A stretch of DNA of 64,000 nt from Candidatus Omnitrophota bacterium (GTDB lineage Bacteria > Omnitrophota > Gorgyraeia > Zapsychrales > JAKLDJ01). Positions 59,556 through 64,000 of this stretch are shown in pieces (the stretch's first letter is position 1; the number at the start of each line of letters is the position of its first letter). The notes under the pieces were generated by a model that searched no databases, was not told the DNA's origin, and worked only from the letters and a program-made list of their open reading frames with translations. The stretch spans positions 2,814 to 66,813 of the forward strand of contig JAKLDJ010000004.1 of the NCBI GenBank assembly GCA_022703585.1, read 5' to 3'. A program made the translations under genes and the position numbers.

Positions 59556-61097
59556 ATGAAAAATCCTTTGTCGAATTTGTGGAGATGCGCGATTATTGCG
59601 ATGGTGCTGTGTTTGTTTTGGTGTAGCGCCTATGCCGGCCAGCTCTCCGAAAACCGATTCCTTTATTCAGAATACTCAAAGACAATCTCGATGGACTTTA
59701 AAGATGCTTCGCTGACCGACGTCCTTAAGATTTTCTCCCAGCAGTCCGGGCTGAATTTTATCGCTGCCGAAAACGTCGCCGATAAAAAGATAACTTTGTT
59801 TCTCGACAAAGTCCCGGTTGAAGAAGCCTTAGAAAGGATCTTGGACACGAATAATTTGGCCTACGAGATTCAGCCTGAAAGCAATATCTTTATCGTCAGG
59901 CCCTTCGTGCGCCCTAATCAGAATTTGTTGACGCGTGTTTATCCTCTCAAATATGCAACCGTCTCATCCTCAAAATTAAACCGGACATTCACCATAAAAG
60001 AAGATTCGGGCTCCAGCAGCATAAACAGCGGAGATCAAGCGAGTAGCCCAACGAGCAGTTCGACAGAAAATAGCGGTCAAACAGAAAAAAGCGGCTTAGT
60101 CGAGGTATTAAAAACCATCTTGACCGAATCGGGGAAGATTGTCGAAGATACCCGCAGCAACAGCATTATTGTTACAGATATCCCCAGTCAATTCCCGATT
60201 ATTGAAGAAACCATCGCCCGCCTAGACATCCCTGTCCCTCAGATTCTCATCGAAGCAGAAATGCTCGACATCTCTAAAAACACGGGTGAGCAGATGGGTA
60301 TCAAATACGGCACAACCCTGGTATTCAGCGGCGCTATCCGCGAACATTATTACCCCTGGAATACAAACAAGGTTATTCATAATCCCAATAATTACGATGC
60401 GCCGGCTCCCGTGTACACACCCGGCACAATGGATACCAGCGGCTTAACTGCTACGTTACAATTCTTAAGGTCAAAAACCGACACAAAAGACTTGGCCAGG
60501 CCACGCATTTTAACGCTCAATAATGAAACCGCCGAAATCCGAATCACCACGAACGAAGTCATTGGGCTTAAGACTCAAATACAAAGCGGCGGCGGCAGCA
60601 TTTCGGAACAGAGCACTGAGGCAGAACGCACGATAACCGGCGTTTCATTACAAGTCACACCCCAGGCGAATTTGCTCACCCGCGATATTACCATGGCTAT
60701 TGTGCCCAAGGCCATCCTGGCAAAGTTGGGGATGATTATTAACGGCCAACAGTACAAGGATCCCGAAGAACGAGGGACTAAATCAATCCTTAGAATCCAC
60801 GATGGCGACACTATCATGCTGGGAGGCCTCCTGAGAGAAAATGACACCGCAACGCGAACGGCAATACCTGTCTTAGGGGATATCCCTATCGTAGGCGCCG
60901 CGTTCCGGCATAAAGACAACAACGAACAAGAGCGCGAACTGATTATTTTTATCACGCCGCGAATCTTAGCCGATGTTTCAACCGGCAGTCTGGCCTTAAG
61001 CGGTCCACAGAAACTAGTCCGGGAACAAGAGGTGCCGTCAGCACGATTAAGCGCCATCGAAAAAACTTTAACCAACATTGAAGGCAGAAAACAATAG
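59556..61097 (+). CDS. pilQ: Secretin (PilQ/GspD family)
   Basis: Signal peptide; N0/N1 domains; C-terminal secretin domain DGDTIMLGGLL....AIPVLGDIPIVGAAFR..........ELIIFITPRIL. Confidence 0.85.
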   Translation: MKNPLSNLWRCAIIAMVLCLFWCSAYAGQLSENRFLYSEYSKTISMDFKDASLTDVLKIFSQQSGLNFIAAENVADKKITLFLDKVPVEEALERILDTNNLAYEIQPESNIFIVRPFVRPNQNLLTRVYPLKYATVSSSKLNRTFTIKEDSGSSSINSGDQASSPTSSSTENSGQTEKSGLVEVLKTILTESGKIVEDTRSNSIIVTDIPSQFPIIEETIARLDIPVPQILIEAEMLDISKNTGEQMGIKYGTTLVFSGAIREHYYPWNTNKVIHNPNNYDAPAPVYTPGTMDTSGLTATLQFLRSKTDTKDLARPRILTLNNETAEIRITTNEVIGLKTQIQSGGGSISEQSTEAERTITGVSLQVTPQANLLTRDITMAIVPKAILAKLGMIINGQQYKDPEERGTKSILRIHDGDTIMLGGLLRENDTATRTAIPVLGDIPIVGAAFRHKDNNEQERELIIFITPRILADVSTGSLALSGPQKLVREQEVPSARLSAIEKTLTNIEGRKQ

Positions 61098-61098
61098 A

Positions 61099-62823
61099 AT
61101 GTCCTACTTAAAACTGGGTCAAATTCTTATTAAGCAAGGGCTTATTACCGAAGAGCAGCTCAATAGCGCCATCACCGCCCAAAAACAAGAGCCGGGCCGT
61201 ATCGGCGAGATTTTGATCAAGCTCGGCATCATTAAAGAAGAGGATATTGTTGCCGCGCTAGGAAAACAACTCGCCTTGCCGTATGCCTCCCGCAGCTCCG
61301 GCCTTCTGACACCACAGCCCGACCAGCAGCTGGAAAATTTGATCACAAAAGATTTCGCCCATAAGAATCTTGTATTGCCGCTGTCACGAAACTTAAATTC
61401 GCTTACCTGCGCTGTTTTCGATCCCTTAGACCTGCTTATGATCGATAACTTAAAGAAAATAACCGGATGCGAAATAAACCTCGTTTTAGCCACGCGTTCG
61501 GACATCGTCCGCGCTATTGAAGATTTTTATAGCAACACTCAGCAAACCATGCTGGGGGAAGCCGTCCAGAATACCTACGGGGCTCACGCACCAACAGCCA
61601 GTTTTGCCGAGACTGTTTCGGCCGACAGCACGGAAGAACCGGAACTTAGCCTTGACAAACTCATTGCCCGTGCCGAAGAGGCCCCGGTGGTAAAGCTGGT
61701 TGACCTGATTATCCGCCAGGCCATCGATGAACGGGCAAGCGACGTTCATATCGAACCCTACAAAAACCGGATCAATTTACGTTACCGTATTGACGGCTCT
61801 CTTTACGAAATACCGCCGCCGGCGCGCCACCTGCATTTGCCCATCATATCCCGTATAAAAATTCTGGCAAAGTTAGATATTGCCGAAAAACGGCTGCCCC
61901 AAGACGGCGCAATTATGGTTAAGCTGGAAGACCGGGCTGTCGATTTAAGAATTTCGACTGTCCCGACGATTTGGGGAGAGAAGGTGGTTATGCGTATTCT
62001 TGACCAGAGCGCCGTACCTCTTAGCCTGTCGCATCTTGGCTTTGAACCAAAACAGCTGGAATTGATACGTAAAGCCATCAAGTCCCCTTACGGGCTTTTC
62101 TTTGTTACCGGTCCAACCGGAAGCGGAAAATCCACTACGCTCTACGCCGCGCTCAACGAATGCGCTGATCCCCATAAAAACATTATTACCATCGAAGACC
62201 CGGTTGAATTCCGCATAGACGGAATCAACCAGGTTAATGTCAAACCTGACATCGGGCTTACGTTTGCTTCGGCATTACGTTCTTTTTTGCGGCAAGACCC
62301 TGACACCATTATGGTTGGAGAAGTCCGGGACCTCGAGACCGCACAAATTTGCGTCCGCGCGGCCTTAACTGGCCATTTTGTCTTAAGTACCTTACATACC
62401 AACGATGCCGCTTCTGCCGTAACCAGGCTTTTAGACATCGGAATTGAATCCTACCTGTTGATGCCGTCTCTGGTCCTGATTCTGGCGCAAAGATTAGCCC
62501 GTAAACTTTGCCCCAAATGCAAAGAGGCTTACGAACCAACCCCCGAGCAATTAGGCGGATTAAAGCTAAAGGCAGACCTTATTTACCGGGCAAAAGGATG
62601 CGCCGAATGCAATCAGACCGGTTATCGGGGACGCGTGTGCGTTGCCGAGACTATGGCGATTGATAGCACCATCCGGGGCATGGTTTCATCCCAGGCATCG
62701 TATGTCCAGATCAAAGATGCTGCCAGAAAAAACGGCATGGACACACTTTTTGAATCCGGCATCAAGAAAGTTGAGGCAGGCGTTACCAGCCTGGAGGAAA
62801 TACTCAGCGTAACTTTAAGTTAA
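61099..62823 (+). CDS. pilB: Type IV pilus / T2SS assembly ATPase (PilB/GspE)
   Basis: N-terminal GSPII_E_N domain, Walker A GPTGSGKST, tetracysteine Zn motif CPKC...CAEC; ATG at 61099 directly after the secretin stop. Confidence 0.88.
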   Translation: MSYLKLGQILIKQGLITEEQLNSAITAQKQEPGRIGEILIKLGIIKEEDIVAALGKQLALPYASRSSGLLTPQPDQQLENLITKDFAHKNLVLPLSRNLNSLTCAVFDPLDLLMIDNLKKITGCEINLVLATRSDIVRAIEDFYSNTQQTMLGEAVQNTYGAHAPTASFAETVSADSTEEPELSLDKLIARAEEAPVVKLVDLIIRQAIDERASDVHIEPYKNRINLRYRIDGSLYEIPPPARHLHLPIISRIKILAKLDIAEKRLPQDGAIMVKLEDRAVDLRISTVPTIWGEKVVMRILDQSAVPLSLSHLGFEPKQLELIRKAIKSPYGLFFVTGPTGSGKSTTLYAALNECADPHKNIITIEDPVEFRIDGINQVNVKPDIGLTFASALRSFLRQDPDTIMVGEVRDLETAQICVRAALTGHFVLSTLHTNDAASAVTRLLDIGIESYLLMPSLVLILAQRLARKLCPKCKEAYEPTPEQLGGLKLKADLIYRAKGCAECNQTGYRGRVCVAETMAIDSTIRGMVSSQASYVQIKDAARKNGMDTLFESGIKKVEAGVTSLEEILSVTLS

Positions 62824-62836
62824 AGGATCACTGTCC

Positions 62837-64000
62837 GTGCGATTCGCCTATACCGCCAAAGATTCATCCGGAAAAACCTTCACCGGAAGCGACGACTCCC
62901 CCGACCAGGAAACTCTTGTTGCCCGACTTCAAAGGCAAGGTTATTTTATCCTTAAGGTACAGCCTTTTTCCGAAACATTGCCAAAAAGATCCGGCAAGCA
63001 GCTCTCACAAACGCGTAAATTCACCCACGACAAAGTCAAGCTTGACGACATGCTCATATTTTCACACCAGCTCGCTACCATGCTAGAGGCAGGCGTCAGC
63101 CTCCTGCGCTCGCTTGACATCACCGCAAACCAAGTCGAAAGCCGGCAATTAGCCAATATTTTAAACGAAGTAAAGAAAGACGTTGAACAGGGGGTGTCAT
63201 TGAGCGCAAGCCTCGCCAAACACCCTAAAGTATTTAACCAATTCTGGGTTAGCCTTGTCGAAGTGGGGGAGGCGTCCGGCTCCATGCCGTCTATTCTTAA
63301 TAAACTCACATTTTACCTTGAACAAGATGCGGCTTTTCGTTCTTCCCTGATTTCGGCCCTTATGTATCCGATTATACTCATGGTAGTCGCCATCGGAGCA
63401 ATCATTTTCTTTGCCCTGCTTATCGCTCCCCGGTTTAAGGAGCTTTTCGACTCGTTCCATGTCAAGCTCCCGCTGCTTACATCTGTCTTACTGAACGCCT
63501 TCGACGTAATAAAAAGTAAATTTTTACTATTCGCGGCTGTTTTAGGTGGTATAATTATAGTAGTAAGAAAATACGCTCAGACACCGGCAGGGAAACTGCA
63601 GATAGAAAATACGTTATTCAACATGCCTAAAGTCGGGTATGTTTTTAAAACCCTGGTTACTGAGCGGTTTACGTCGCAGATGTCGATTCTTATTGAAAGC
63701 GGCGTGCCGATTTTATACGCTCTTGATATCAGCCAACGCATGGTAGGCAACCTCACCTGCGCCAATATTATCGCTGACATAAAAGCGAGCGTACGAGAAG
63801 GAAAGCTCCTGGCGGAACCGATGTCAAAAAGCGGATTTTTTCCGCCGATGACGGTGCAGATGATTCTTATCGGCGAGGAAACGGGCGAGTTAAGCAAGAT
63901 GCTCAAGCGCGTCGCCGAATATTATCAAAATTACGTGCAGACATTTATCAAGCGTTTTGCCATTATCTTTGAGCCTGTGATGTTGGTTTTTATGGGCGCG
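62837..64000 (+). CDS. pilC: Inner-membrane platform protein PilC/GspF, 3'-truncated by the window edge (GTG start)
   Basis: Not in the ORF track because there is no ATG start. GTG at 62837 with aaagga RBS opens a frame that runs to the window end; two T2SSF repeats with the GFFPPMTVQMILIGEETGEL motif. Confidence 0.75.
   Translation, partial: MRFAYTAKDSSGKTFTGSDDSPDQETLVARLQRQGYFILKVQPFSETLPKRSGKQLSQTRKFTHDKVKLDDMLIFSHQLATMLEAGVSLLRSLDITANQVESRQLANILNEVKKDVEQGVSLSASLAKHPKVFNQFWVSLVEVGEASGSMPSILNKLTFYLEQDAAFRSSLISALMYPIILMVVAIGAIIFFALLIAPRFKELFDSFHVKLPLLTSVLLNAFDVIKSKFLLFAAVLGGIIIVVRKYAQTPAGKLQIENTLFNMPKVGYVFKTLVTERFTSQMSILIESGVPILYALDISQRMVGNLTCANIIADIKASVREGKLLAEPMSKSGFFPPMTVQMILIGEETGELSKMLKRVAEYYQNYVQTFIKRFAIIFEPVMLVFMGA

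Noticed and set aside
1-64000. CRISPR arrays, tRNA/rRNA genes, insertion sequences, integrases or phage genes
   Set aside because: Looked for direct-repeat/spacer periodicity, tRNA-like GC-rich cloverleaf starts in every intergenic region longer than 60 nt, and for transposase/integrase-like ORFs; none found. The window appears to be core chromosome

Overview
This 64-kb window comes from a bacterial chromosome of about 47-48% GC. Secretin, TolQ/TolR-like and TPR proteins point to a diderm; lineage is uncertain, possibly a candidate phylum. Coding is dense, overwhelmingly on the + strand, and organised into housekeeping and biosynthetic operons. In order these are: metH (5'-truncated by the window edge)-metX-metW; a 4-OT tautomerase; mog; nfu; a pterin dehydratase; an Rrf2 regulator with sufB-sufC-sufD-sufS-sufU and moaA translationally coupled; a minus-strand operon ispH-fdx-moaD-(moaE::moeB::rhodanese fusion)-cob(I)alamin adenosyltransferase-murB, transcribed divergently from ispG; a secreted protein, an orphan receiver domain and a second secreted protein; a PHP phosphatase; folE, a FolM/PTR1-like SDR, folB, folK; fabG-acpP-fabF; an IMDH-family dehydrogenase; asd; truA; rplM-rpsI; argC-J-B-D-F-G-H; lysA-dapF-dapA-dapB, three small ORFs, dapL; a second folK with panC and a NadX-like gene; a duplicated small basic protein; uvrA; a TPR protein with tolQ/exbB, tolR/exbD and a TonB/TolA-like anchor; a PilX-like protein; then an HTH protein and a type IV pilus cluster (pilM::pilN fusion, pilO, pilP, secretin pilQ, ATPase pilB, pilC running off the 3' edge). 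I saw no rRNA, tRNA, CRISPR array, transposase or integrase. The accessory-looking spots are: an NTase-fold gene plus an overlapping small ORF between argH and lysA; a low-GC argH; a perfect 42-bp palindrome between dapA and dapB; a trio of small ORFs inside the dap cluster; an internally duplicated 79-aa basic protein followed by a nested inverted-repeat RNA element; and the Tol-like/minor-pilin/T4P region. All protein calls rest on motif recognition in the supplied translations; no database search was possible.
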